From: Eledone cirrhosa
Taxonomy: Eukaryota
Direction: 5' to 3'
Length of the DNA stretch: 64,000 nucleotides
Assembly (NCBI GenBank): GCA_964016885.1
Contig: OZ024744.1
Location: 31,868,001 to 31,932,000 of the forward strand
The notes below the pieces were generated by a model that did not search any database, was not told the origin of the DNA, and saw only the letters and a list, made by a program, of their open reading frames with translations. The position numbers and the translations under genes are program-made. How positions within the stretch are numbered: position 1 is the first letter of the stretch; the number at the start of each line of letters is the position of its first letter. Positions 51,924 to 64,000 of the stretch are shown one piece after another.

Positions 51924-54900
51924 CTACAGCCGCATGACCAGAGTAGGCCCACTCACACGGGCCATTCTCGCCACATTCACCCACCTTTCAGCAAATGTAC
52001 TGCGGGGCAGCACTTCTCTCTCCACCCTAACCTTCCTTTCCAAGTGAAACTTGAAAAAGTTGATGAGGGATTGGCCGAAGAGAAAAGTGTCTGTCTTCAG
52101 TCCTTTCAACCTCGTCCACCATACAACCTCTTTCGCTACTGCCACCAGACAGAGGAAAATTGCCTGCGCCGCGCATCTCGGGCAGGTCCGTCTGACAGCA
52201 CTTCCGTGCCTGTAGAGTTTATCTCGAACCGGCAGTGCCCCCCGGTAGCACTGCCAAGCGAGGGATTTTTGGAAATTATCCATCGTCCCCGGCTCGAAAG
52301 TCCTCCGGTACAGACTGGTTAGTTCGACTTCGTTGACTCCAAGAGCCTCTCCGAGTGCGTCGTCGCACTTGCCCACCACTAATCCTCTATAGAACTCGAG
52401 AGTGGAAGTTCCACTGACCGCATTGCCCGCCTGGTAGAGGGCAGTGAGTGCCTGGCAACATTCCAGATGCCAGTCACCCAGTCTCGGTCTCCTTTTGACC
52501 CAGGACTGCAACTCAGTCAAAGAAACGAGCTGCGGAAAGGCCCGTCTGACAAACGGCGACCACACATGTTCACCGTTTAGGCAGAATATCTGGAGATGCC
52601 GCAGCCTCAGCGCGTGCCTGCGCATCATTAACCACGGCATGCCCAGCAATCCACGTAGAGGGTGCTGGCAGCAGATGGACCGCCTCACCAGCGGAACCTG
52701 ACTCCTCCACAAGAATTTGAAGAGGAGCCGCTCCAAGATGGCGAGGCGCGAACGGGGTCAAGGGATGACAGTCAAACGGTAGTAGATGACGGACGCGATG
52801 TACGCGTTCGCCACCTCCGCCCGACCTTTCAGTGATAGCTTCATCCCAGCCCATTTCTGGGTGAGACTGACTACCCTGCCCGTCACCTCGTCCCAATTCT
52901 TATCCACCTGGAGGTCTGGCCTGAACCAATCCCCTAGCAACTTTACCAGTCCGTCCGTCCAGCGCCTAACGACGCTGTTGGACGGCATGGACTTGCCTCT
53001 CCAGGTGCCGAGTTGCAAGCCTACTGACTTTTCCGGGTTAAGATTTGCTCCCGTCAACCTTTCATATTCCTCCAATAAGTTGCCGACCACCTTGATTTCT
53101 GAGGTGTCCGACACCATCACGGTGATGTCGTCCGCATAAGCCGACACGGCCTTTCCGCGTCCCGGTTCGAGACGGATGCCCTGCAACAGCTCCAGCTTCC
53201 GCAGTAAAGGCTCGAGAGTCAATACGTACAGAAGGGCACCCTTGACGGACCGATCGGGAGTCCTGAAACGGTTCCGAGAGGTGGCCATTAATTTTGACCA
53301 TCGAGCAGGTGCCGCTGTGCATTGCAGCGATCCAGCTTCTGAAGACGGGGCCGAAGCCAGCCGCCTTGAGGACAGCCTCCCGCTACCGATGGTCGACCCT
53401 ATCGAATGCTTTCGATTGATCTAAATTGATCAGAGCCCCACAGAAGCCAGGTTTACACCCTACCCCCTCTATGATGTATCGCATTAGGTGGAGGTTGTCG
53501 TGTATGGACCTGGTTGGGATTGCGCAAGTTTGCGCCTCCCCAACCAAATCCCCGACGACAAGCGCCAACCTCTTCGCTAACACCCTGGCCAAAATCTTAA
53601 ACTCTGTGTTGAGCAGAGTTATGGGCCTGAAATTGTCTAATGTGTCCTTCTTGTTCTCGTCTTTCCTTATAAGCGTCACTACGCCCCGGCTCACAGAACT
53701 GGGAATACTACCATTTTGCTGCCAGTTGCAGTAGAGGGCTTCGAGGAGATTGGAGAACAAGTCTGGCATATTTACGTAAAGCTCGTAGGGCAGACCATCC
53801 AAACCGGGTGACTTGCGCCTCATGCAGCCTACAAGGGCATCCTGAATCTCGGCTGAAGTAATTGGCCTTTCGCAGCGCCCAGAGTCAGCCGTCGAGAGTT
53901 GCAGCAAGCCATCGAGGTAGGGACTGAAGTCCGCCACCATCTCTGACCCACCACTTCCCCCAAACAACCGAGCAAAATGTTGGCGAAAGGCCTCACACAT
54001 CCTCTTGGAATCGCTCAGCTCGTGCCCGTCTCGGTCCGTCAAAGACCGAATCGTGGTTTTATTACCACGCTGCGCCTCTGCCACGCGGGCCCATCGAACA
54101 GCTTTGGTTCCCTCGTTTCTCCGAGCACGCGCCTTAGCTCTGACAATGCAACCTTCATGTTTCGCATTGAAGAAATGGTCTAATGCCATTCTCGCCGCTA
54201 GCACATCAGTTGCAATGCCACTACCAATAGCCTAGTCTAACTTATCTACCAACTCCCCCTCCTTTCTATTTTTCTCTAATGCTACTTCTTTGCTAAACTC
54301 TATCGACATTACTCTAATCTCTCTTTTGAGAGCCCCCCACCATCTATTGTTGACGACTCCCCCTGTCAACTTTTTCTTAACTAAATTGTTGACCTGGTCC
54401 CTGTAAGCCTTACGTACCGGAAATGACATATTTAGCTTCCAGTAACCAGATCCTAACCTACGCGTCTTATCTAGGTCGACTATACAGATCACAAACTTGT
54501 GATCTAAATAGGCGACTGTTTCAAAACGTGGACAGCTTACACTATTTCTGTCTATTTTCCTAATGAATATCCTGTCTATATACGATCTAGATGACCCTAT
54601 GCGGTTAGCCCAGATCCACACTGGCGCATTAGGGAAATCTAGTCGGTACCTGTCAGACAGTTGGAACTGGCTGATCAGGTTCTTGAGGCTTTTGCACCCC
54701 CCGCTCCTATCGGATACTCCCACACAGTCCCAGCGTGCGTCTAAGATGCCGTTCCAGTCCCCCGCTAGCACTAAAGGGCGAGACGTACCCATAAAGGCTT
54801 CCAGGCGTCTAAAGAAGTCCGGCCGTCCTGCCCCAGTAGGAGCATAGACGGCCACCAGTCTAAAGGCACCACCTTAATTATTGTTCACGTCCAGGACCAC

Positions 54901-55179
54901 CAACTTCCCGTCCGGGTCCCGGAAGATCGACCTTACCTCGAGATCCAGGCCTTTCCTAAACAGCACTGCCACCCCGCCTCCCATTCCCGGCCGGCTAACA
55001 GATGCAAAGATCTGATAGTCGTCGAAAATGGGGGCTAATGCGCGCGTGTCGGAAATCCTGGTCTCGCTGACTGCAATTACATCCATTTCTATAGACCTGA
55101 GGTCATTGAGCAGGTGACCCTGCTTCCAGGACGATCCCAGGCCTCGAACATTTAAACATCCTACTCTTAATACGGCCAT
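51924..55179 (-). pseudogene. LINE ORF2 (APE endonuclease + reverse transcriptase), broken into five ORF pieces
   Basis: CLNVRGL, SET, VYAP, GDWN, IDRIF, LDH (APE); KSPGLDG, RPITLLN, DQSKAFDRV, VRQGCP, YADD (RT); stops at ~54874, 54232, 52758 and frameshifts near 53230-53400. Confidence 0.93.
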
Positions 55180-55858
55180 GTTGGCAGGTTAAACAGAGAG
55201 AGAGGAAGGTTTACTTATCTTCCGGGCTCTTGTGAAGGTCGGGTTGTTCGACCTCCATAGTTAGTGGGGTTTCTTTTGGGAACCCCTTTAAAAGTCTTGA
55301 AGTGGGTTTTACGTTCGGGGTTCCCACGTCCCGAGGAAAGCTGTCTCGTATTTCTTTGAATATGTCGAGCGACATTCGCACCAGAACCAAATCTTCCAGC
55401 ACGCGAAATGTGCTCGATTTAAAAATTTCCCCCTCTTTTTGTATATTTTCACTTCGTGCTACGAGGGCCATCAGTTCCTTGTTGGCCCTCCTGACGAGCA
55501 CGAAGTTTTGTATGTTTTGTTGGTGTTGTTTCGGTTGTGTCTGTGTTTGTTGTGAGTGCGGTGTCTGTGGTTTCAGATGTTTGTGTGTATATTTGTTCTT
55601 GCGTCTGTTTCGGTTGTTTGCGTTTGGGGAATTCTGGTGATGGTGATGGTGGTGTTGATGTTGGTGTTATTGGAGAGATGTTTGCGTGGGTGGTGTCTGC
55701 GTTTTTTATTGGGGGTGCGTTTGTGCTTTGTTGAGTTTTTTTTTTTCTTTTTGTGTTCCCTTTATTGTATTTTGGGGGATTTTGGATTTCCCTCATTTTC
55801 ACTACTGGTAGATGAGGGGTCTGTGTCTGTAAGTGTGTCTGTATTTATGTTTAAGGTT

Positions 55859-56893
55859 TTATTGGTGTGTGTATTTTGGGGGGGAGGGGGAATTTGACAG
55901 CTTTCCTCGTTTCCCCCCTGGGTGGTCAATGTTGGTGGTGGTCTTTCTATCGGTGTTGTTTTTTGGTGGTTTTGCCGGTGCGGGTGTTGGTTGTGGTCCT
56001 CGCCCCGGCGTCGGCAGCAGTGGAGCCTTTTGACCCCTTGCCTCTTTCAGCAGTTGAGGGCAGAAGGCTCGCAAATGGGTTTTTTCCCCACAAACAAAAC
56101 ACTGCGGCATTTTGCCTTCGGTCATAATGTGAATGACAGTCCCATTCTGAAGGCGGATGTGGTCCGGGATTGTCTTCACATTCTCAGGCCTGATCTGGAG
56201 AAGGATCTCCAGGTCAACCCCGGACCAGTCGTCTCTGGCCGTTCTGGTCACTTCTATAGGGACTGTATCCGTCCCCTCCACAATCACACATCCAAGAAGC
56301 CACCACATGTCAAGTCCTGGTGGCATTCTGGGAATGCGGAGACGGGCCGTTCTTTTTCCCATGTGGGAGGGGTACATTATGACCTTGCTGGTTTTGCAAG
56401 GAGTCATAGCGTGTTTCATAGCGAGGGCTTCTGACTTGAACAACACCGAAATGGTGCCGTACTGTCTGCCCCTCTCTATGTACTGGGTGTCTTCTCTGAT
56501 GCACCTCAGCGCGACTTGGACATCTTCTTGTGGGATTAAAGCTGCCCTTTTGGTTTGTGCTGAGATGCATCTATAATGTACCGTTTTGCGCTCCACTGCC
56601 TCAATAGCTTCTACCGGGACAGTTAAGTTGGCCCAAGTTTGCTCTTGCTTGATGAGCTTCCATGCCTGGGCCAACTTTTCATCTTTGTTTGAGAGGTCCA
56701 TGTTGAAGCATGGCCTCTTTTTTGCTGCTGCCGCAGCGAAAGTGTTCTTGTTTTCGTTTGGGGTGTTGTTGACGTTGTTCTTGTTGGTGTTGTTGTTAGC
56801 ACTGTCGCTGTTATCATTGTTGTCTTTGTTGCCACCGTTGTTCTCGGTGCAGTTGGTATTGTTGCTGTTGGTGTTGTCGCTATTTGTTTTCAT
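55859..56893 (-). CDS. LINE ORF1 (gag-like, zinc knuckle CFVCGEKTHLRAFC), possibly truncated by stop
   Basis: 344-aa ORF with CX2CX4HX4C upstream of ORF2; fragments at 55211-55802 may continue it. Confidence 0.75.
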   Translation of the reverse strand: MKTNSDNTNSNNTNCTENNGGNKDNNDNSDSANNNTNKNNVNNTPNENKNTFAAAAAKKRPCFNMDLSNKDEKLAQAWKLIKQEQTWANLTVPVEAIEAVERKTVHYRCISAQTKRAALIPQEDVQVALRCIREDTQYIERGRQYGTISVLFKSEALAMKHAMTPCKTSKVIMYPSHMGKRTARLRIPRMPPGLDMWWLLGCVIVEGTDTVPIEVTRTARDDWSGVDLEILLQIRPENVKTIPDHIRLQNGTVIHIMTEGKMPQCFVCGEKTHLRAFCPQLLKEARGQKAPLLPTPGRGPQPTPAPAKPPKNNTDRKTTTNIDHPGGKRGKLSNSPSPPKYTHQ

Positions 56894-57877
56894 GTTAGTG
56901 GTGTTGATATTGTTGTTGTATTTGTTATTTTTTTTTTGTTATCTGTATTTTCGTTGTCGCTGTTACTGTCATTTTTTTTAAAATTAGAGTTCTTTTTGGT
57001 ATCATTGGTGTCTTTGTTTACCTTGTTTGTGGTGGTGTTTGTGTTATCAATGTGTGTTAATTTCGCTCTCACTCTCACTCTTAACTTACTATGTAAAACC
57101 ATAGTACCTAGAATTAAGTTTATTTTCCCTTATGAATTGATGGTCAGTCTTACTGTCAACGCTTAGTGAAAGGTAGTATTATGACCTATAAAGACTAACA
57201 CCCTCCCATCCCCTCTGGCTTTCGGCTGACTGCCACAGTAGCGATGGGTAGCAGTAAACTTTGGCAAGGCATAGGTGGGCCACTGACAGCGATTTCGTTG
57301 AAATCTGCGGTGCTAATGTCAACTTCCTTCGGACATGCGCTTGCGCAGACCGGTGGGGGTGAATTGGTACTCACAAGGGAACGGATGAAAAACCCAAAAG
57401 CACGAACTTCATCCGTTCCCATGTCGATTCAATTTGGATTGCCTCGGAAACAACCTTATTATGTAACAAGCTGTCTGATGATGTCACGACACTCGCACAC
57501 AGAACAGTGTGGCCAGCGTCATCATTGAAATATATATCACAGCACTATATATATATATATAAATATATATGAAAACAGGGAGAAAGAGACGATTATTAGG
57601 AAGAAAAAAGTTTTTTTTTCCCTTTTTTCCCATTTTTATTTCCTTCTCTCTTTTTTCTGCGTTAGAAAATGCTTAAAACGAAATGTTTTACTTTGCGTGA
57701 AGTGTTAAGGTATCAGTTGATTTATTTATTAATTAACAATGGCATTTATTTATATATTTATATATTTAATAATTGTCTATTACCGGTTTCTGCATTTATA
57801 TGCATTATCAAATGATAGTGACATGTATTGGTGTAGAATGGTGGTGTTGGACATGTTAAAGAAATGGACCTCAGCTA

Positions 57878-57949
<72 letters not shown>

Positions 57950-58394
57950 GCTGAGGTACCTAGCTTCGCCAAGGTTAACAAATGATAAGAGAAGACCGGC
58001 AGAAGAGAAAACGTCTGTATTGAATGCATTGTCTTGTTTACAGTGTGTGTATATATATGTGTGTGTGTGAGTGTTCGCACGCGTGCGTGTGTGTGTGTGT
58101 ATATTTATATATGTGTGCGTGTGAGCCTGTGTGAGTGTTCGTGTGCGCGTGCGTGTGTGCGCGCGCGCGCGTGTGTGTATAAACCACCGTTGGAATCGGA
58201 GACATAGGCCGCGAAACACGATCATCACTGACAACGAACTCGCAGAGAGAATCCCTTATGGTTGATTCCCAACCTGCTAGAAATAGCAGTCAGGTTGGTT
58301 AGCATACATTTCTGAATTTGTTTAGCAAGATTCTTTATCTGAAAACGTGTGTTGAAACTGATATTGTTATACTTTGGGAGGGTCATGTTGCCAA

Positions 58395-58796
58395 TAAGAA
58401 ACACACGCACCAGTTGCTTTCACTTCAATTTATTATAAATTAAATTTATAAATTTAAGAATTTATACATTTCAGATTGGTTGGTTGGTTCCACAACTGTG
58501 ACCTCTTCAGTAACTGGGGATTCTTTTCTTTGTTTGTGCCTCTCCTTTGTTCTGTCCTACGCCCTGTCCTACACACAAAAACAAGATGGCGTAGGACAGA
58601 ACAAAGGAGAGGTACAAAAAACAAAGAAAATAATCCCCAGTCACTGAAGAGGTCAAAGAATGTGTGACGAAAGAACTTTGACAATATATGAACAATCGTC
58701 TGGTTGTGGAACCAACCAACCGGAAATTTATAAATTCTTAAATTTATAAATTTAATTCATAATAAATTGAAGTGAAAGCAACTGGTGCGTGTGTTT

Positions 58797-58800
<4 letters not shown>
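58395..58800. mobile_element. Non-coding nested fold-back element (outer arms 58395-58496 / 58703-58800; inner arms 58499-58563 / 58588-58655) with hammerhead
   Basis: Two nested inverted repeats; ends in (TA)n; shares CTGTGACCTCTTCAG with the 21631 element. Confidence 0.78.
58640..58682 (+). ncRNA. Minimal type I hammerhead ribozyme
   Basis: gtca-CTGAAGA-gGTCA-loop-TGAC-GAAA-g-aa-c-TT|tgac; CUU cleavage; stem I GTCA/TGAC. Confidence 0.65.
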
Positions 58801-58869
<69 letters not shown>

Positions 58870-58884
<15 letters not shown>

Positions 58885-60211
58885 GGAAGATGTGTGTCTG
58901 TGTGTGTGTATGATTTTTATGGATTTCCACATTTCTCTACCGATTTTGATGATATTTTTCCAATGTGCTCCAAATTTATCAACGATGGTCAACGCGTAAT
59001 AAACTTTGTCAAAAATTTCCTGCTTCTATGAAAAAAATCTATAAAACTAAATACATGCTGTAACCCTCTCTCTTACACGCTTATTCACTCTGTCTACTAC
59101 CCAGCAGCGACAAAACTTCGTTCAGGAACGCGACATAGACTTTGAAAACTAAGCAACACATCATTTTATACAACAACAAACATAGTCATAACGCTCTCTC
59201 TGTCGCTCTTCTCTCTCTATATAATAGATCATTCCCCCTCTCTATAATTTAACTTCTTTACTCTCTCTCTGTCGCTCTTCACTCTCTATATGACAACACT
59301 GTTTTACACACCTCCCTATAGTTTCTTAGCTTTACTCTCTCCATCGCTCTTCCCTCGCTCTATAATAGATTATTCCCCCTCTCTATAATTTAACTGCTGG
59401 GGGAGTCATTGGAGTTCCGTATTGACATACGGCTTTTCTAGGGTATTTTAAATCGGCTTATTGCAAATAACAACCCGCAAAATAACACTTCATATAACAG
59501 ATTAATGCTATAGACATATGAATCGGAATGCTTAAATTATTTATTTTTTACGACTTTCATTGGTTAAATATTAATATGACAACACCCATAGTGTTGTACT
59601 TCTGGCAATTCTGCTGAATACACTGCCAAGGATGAATCTTTTCCTCTCGGCGTCAGATATCCCGTTCGATTTCCGGCGATCCCAATTCCCGGTGAGACCA
59701 TGTTTTGCCATGTCCATTAACAAGTCACAAGGGCAAACATTGTCGGTGGCGGGCATCCATTTGGGGATCCATGCTTCTCCCATGGCCAACTCTATGTTAC
59801 CTGTTCCCGCGTAGGGAGCAGGAATGGACTTTTTGCTTACACTCCTCAAGGGATGACAGGCAATATCGTCTACAAAGATGTGCTATAGATGTTGATGCAG
59901 GTGTTGGAAGTGTTGGAGCTACGCCGTCTGGAAAATTATTTCCTGGTAGGGTCACCCATGGCGGATAGATCTGACACCCAGCGGCATCAGGGCCACCATC
60001 TTGCAACTTTGGTCTGCTAAATTCGCTATTGGAAGATTATTAACCCATCATTGATTGTCCAAAATACTAATTGGTTCGTAACTTTTAATAACCGGTTCAA
60101 CTGCTTTATGCACTTAATTAATAAGCTTATTCGCTTTCAAGCCACGTTTACCTCTATGTAACTTTTCATAGCAAATGAACAAACCCGAACAACGCCGGGC
60201 TAAACTGCTAG
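58870..60211 (+). mobile_element. Non-autonomous Helitron retaining a PIF1 C-terminal fragment
   Basis: RSQFPVRPCFAMSINKSQGQTL at 59632-59814; hairpin CCCGAACAACGCCGGG then CTAG|T at 60208-60211. Confidence 0.85.
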
Positions 60212-60229
60212 TATATATATATATATGTA

Positions 60230-61960
60230 TCTATATATATAAAACTGAGTATGTGTGTGTTAAGGTTTGTAACGTATGCACGTTCACAATTTCCAACGGA
60301 TTCTATTCAACGTCGGGACAATTATTGCTTTTGGTCAGGAGAAGGTCATGAAGTAAAAATATTTCAAATCTATTAACATTAAGGGCAAAATCGATAGAAT
60401 CTTTTTTGAAAAAAGTGGCTGAACTTTGTTAATTCAAAGTCAACTGAGTATTACTCACTTGCACGCGTGGAAGTTTGCGCAAAATGCTAAAATATTCGCC
60501 ACTTTATTTCAGCGTTTAAAACTAATTTAAGATTTTCAACGAATTGTTTTGGGACCAGCAAAATTTAATTGGCAAAACATCATGGCTCATGCTTTGAGGT
60601 TTAACATATTTTGCTTAATATCCCTTCAACAGACTTTTAAATAAGTCAAAACAATATTTTTACTTGAAAATGATATTATTTTACCTTGCTCTAAGTTTTT
60701 TCAACCCAATGGTTCGGGTCACGGAAAAATGTTTTTTTCATTTTTCAATATTATAAATAGAGTGGTCTTAGGTTCGATTCTCAGCTAAATTTTGGATTTG
60801 TTAAATTCGAACTTTCGACGACTTTATTTACAACTTTGAATACCTAAAATTTTAGTGTGGTTTCGGATTATAATTTTAAATACCACGATCGAGTGTTTAG
60901 GTTTAGCCTAAAAACACTTTAAAATCTTATTTAAGAATCGAACTATCGACCACCGTATTTAAAATATTGAATACACAATCTTCGGCCGGATTTGAACACT
61001 CGATCATGGTATTTAAAATTAGAATTCGAAAAGCTTATTCGGTTTCAAGCCACGTTTACCTGTATGTTCTTCTTACTTTTACGTTATTACAAATATACCT
61101 GTCAATACTTTCTGTCAAGCATAAAATTTCACTTTTAAGCTTGCAAATACGTTTGTTCAGTGACCCCCCCCCCAAAAAAAAAAAAAAATTCTGTTTTTCC
61201 GTCCAAATACTACCAATTGGTAGATAATTAGTTATACCTACCCCCAATTTTGTTTGAATATTGCATCTTTATTTAATTTTTATTCGTTGCCATTTCATCT
61301 TCCATTCAATTGTGTTTACCATTTAGTTTCGAATTTCATAAGGTTTTTGTAGATATAATGACCACCAAAAAGAGATGCTCACTTGGTAGTAAAACGGTGT
61401 CTGCAGCTAAACAGAAAAGAAGACGGTTGAATGAGTCGCAGGAGGAAACTGAATTGCGATTGTCACAAAGTGCTTTACGTGCAGCAAATAGAAGACCTGC
61501 TAAAACCGACGACCAGCGTAGTAGCGGCTAGCCAGCAATACATCTTACTATACTTCGTCGTGTGCTAAGCTTAGTGATTTAGACCGTTCTATCCGTAATT
61601 CCAGGAATGTTGTGGGTTCTGCCGCTGCTAGAGCTACCGAAAATGAACAGCAAAAATCACTTCGTAATTCCCGTAATGCTGTGGCTACTGCCGCTGCTAG
61701 AGCCGAAGAATCACACAACGATCGCAGTCTTAGAAAAGAACAATCGGCGTAAAGAAACTGCCCGGGGCATAAAAAGTCCAAACAATTCATATTAGCTTTT
61801 AAAAGCTTTTAATTATGATCCAACACTTAACTTCTCAATGCGGCCTGACATCCAGATTGGGAATATGAGTTTAACTTGCAAGTTCTGTAGTGCAAATAAG
61901 TGGGCTGGAGAACCACCTGGAATGTGCTGCTCCAATGACAGTCAAGTTTGCAATTTTCAA
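60230..61960 (+). mobile_element. Helitron 5' portion with decayed RepHel N-terminus (61358-61940)
   Basis: A|TCTATATATATAAAA 5' end; KAFNYDP..PDIQIGNMSLTCKFCSANKWAGEPPGMCCSN homologous to the 46199-46936 region. Confidence 0.8.
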
Positions 61961-62858
61961 CTGTTGAAAATTGCAAACTTGACTCACCACATATGATGAA
62001 CCTGAAGATTGCGAAAGCATGAAAGTACTTGTTCAATTAACACTTAGAATTTAATATTCTATCATACTATTTCATTATAATACCATTATAAATTTTAAAG
62101 GATTATAAATAAAACGAGTAAATCAGACAAAGTTGGAATTCCTCTTATTAATATATATATATATATATGCACGTTCATCTGTAACTTTGATTAAAGAACC
62201 CCTGTATCGAATCTACGAACAGGATGTATATCTTGTAATTACCTAAAAGAACGAGAGCGTATGTGCTAAGAAAATCCTTATCCCGCTGATTGATAATACA
62301 TTTACACTGCATCAAGGGACGTGAATTTGTTCAGCAGGTATTTCATTTTTTCCCGGATGAATTTATTTTAGAACAGTTCGTAAGTGTCCTTAACTTTGTC
62401 AGTTTACATAGAACAGATATAGAAAACTTAAGCATTCTTGCCGGTTCGGAAGTCTGACCAGACAGGATCACTAGTGTACAGGAAAAAAAAAACAGAATGC
62501 AATGTGCCCCCTTAAAGGAGAGGAGCCGATCGTAAGATGGACCAGAGAAATTATGTTTCCATTGCTGATATTATCTGTTGATCGAAACTTCTGAGAAATG
62601 TGTCACGACGTTTCCGGTAACAGGAAGCACAATTTGAACTCATAACACCCAGAGCCGGAAAAGATATTGAAAATCATTTCGTAAAACTGTTTAACAGTTC
62701 CGCTAATCTTTAGGTTAATATCTGGTACTTTATTTATAGACCTCCGAGATGATGAAAGCAAAGTTTACCTCGGTGGGATTTGAATTGGAGTCGTAGGGGT
62801 AAACGGCTTGTCTTGGGGAACTTCCAGAAATAGAATGATTTATAAATACACACGTGTG

Positions 62859-62967
<109 letters not shown>

Positions 62968-63121
62968 GTGAGAAATCATGATTTCTCACGAATGAAACAG
63001 TTTTAGTCCTGTAGAAGCTTTTCTATATTAAAACATTTATACTCTGCTATGTATTGAGTACCTTACTTACTGTGGTTACACCCGATTGAACCCGGGATAA
63101 CTTATATATATAACTAATATA

Positions 63122-63286
63122 TAGTGGTAAGAGACCATGTAGACCATAACTCACCAGAGTACTCGATACTTAGGGTAGTAGAATGGGTAATAGGAAAAGA
63201 GTCAGGAACTCGACGGTTAGATCCGAGTTCGGATCTAGCTCTCGAAACGGCCGGAGCTCAGCCGTCGGGGTCCTGATACTTTTCCT

Positions 63287-63331
<45 letters not shown>

Positions 63332-63435
63332 AACGAGTAGGACCCCTACTCGTTCCTATTAGCCACTCTACTAACCTAAGTATTGAGTACTTTGGTGCGT
63401 TATGGTCCACCTGGTTCCTTACCACATTTCCTTCG

Positions 63436-63437
<2 letters not shown>
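63122..63437. mobile_element. Two diverged inverted copies of a short TA-associated element; left copy has a hammerhead-like scaffold (related pieces 48265-48420, 24295-24350)
   Basis: GACCATAAC.CACCA.AGTACTC.ATACTTAGG shared in opposite orientations. Confidence 0.65.
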
Positions 63438-63470
<33 letters not shown>

Positions 63471-63660
63471 CGTGTGTGTGTTTGTGTGTGTAAGTATGTA
63501 TATATATACATATATACATACATACATATATGTGGGGGTGGGTGGGTATAATAGTTTGTACAAATCTGTGAGAGTATGAATAACATGATATGCATCAGAC
63601 CATTACGTGGCGAGCCCCAGTCAGAGTATAGTGCTCAATATAAGAGGGTATGTATGTGTG

Positions 63661-63756
<96 letters not shown>

Positions 63757-64000
63757 TGTATGTATGTGTGTACGTGTGTGTATGTATGTATGTGTGTATG
63801 TGTGTGTGTACGTGAATATATGTGTGCATGTGAGTATTTGTGACAACTAAATAACCATGCGGCTACTAACCTAACCAAGATACGGATTAGTTACTAAACT
63901 AATAACAGTTTCTAGTTTAGGCACAAGGCCAGCAATTTTGCGCGAGAAGGGGAAAGTCGATTGAATCGACCCCAGTGCATTACTGGTACTTTATACCATC

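Larger units (their letters stand above)
51631..57525 (-). mobile_element. Near full-length Tx1/L1-clade non-LTR retrotransposon, disabled; 5' boundary approximate
   Basis: ORF1 with CCHC knuckle, APE, RT (YADD), C-terminal region, AATAAA plus (ATT)n tail. Confidence 0.9.

Noticed and set aside
52044-57528. Plus-strand ORFs over the LINE (and antisense ORFs over the Helitron at 44778)
   Set aside because: Antisense shadows of transposon coding sequence with no recognisable motifs
57865-57975. Facing Helitron-like 3' ends (CCTCAGCTAG / TAGCTGAGG) around (TA)n; similar hairpin at 22385-22421
   Set aside because: Hairpins degraded and no matching 5' ends identified; too weak to annotate

Overview
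Repeat-dense animal genomic DNA. The TA/CA microsatellites, Nin-domain-like and CORE-like SINEs, Helitrons and LINEs resemble a coleoid cephalopod such as Octopus (inference). The only host protein gene I can support is a 3-exon Hairy/E(spl) (Hes) bHLH-Orange-WRPW repressor on + (8521-8577, 10935-11030, 15212-16042; 327 aa). Its Notch-type regulatory sequence is readable directly: a 16-bp-spaced Su(H)/CSL paired site, N-box/class-C sites and a TATA box in the promoter, seven more CSL sites in intron 2, and a 3'UTR K-box with 12-nt complementarity to miR-2. The protein itself lacks the family-diagnostic basic-region proline and has an eroded Orange domain. The rest is satellites (19-bp, 88-bp, 28-bp and a 14.5-kb 51-bp array with higher-order structure), decayed Helitrons, a near full-length disabled Tx1/L1-like LINE with an inverted 3' duplicate, and RTE fragments. 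The most unexpected signal is about 10 sequence-diverse minimal type I hammerhead ribozyme motifs, including a U3-A8 core variant. Several lie in 400-470 bp non-coding fold-back elements next to TA tracts (Penelope-like/retrozyme-like). All folds were read by eye and are untested.
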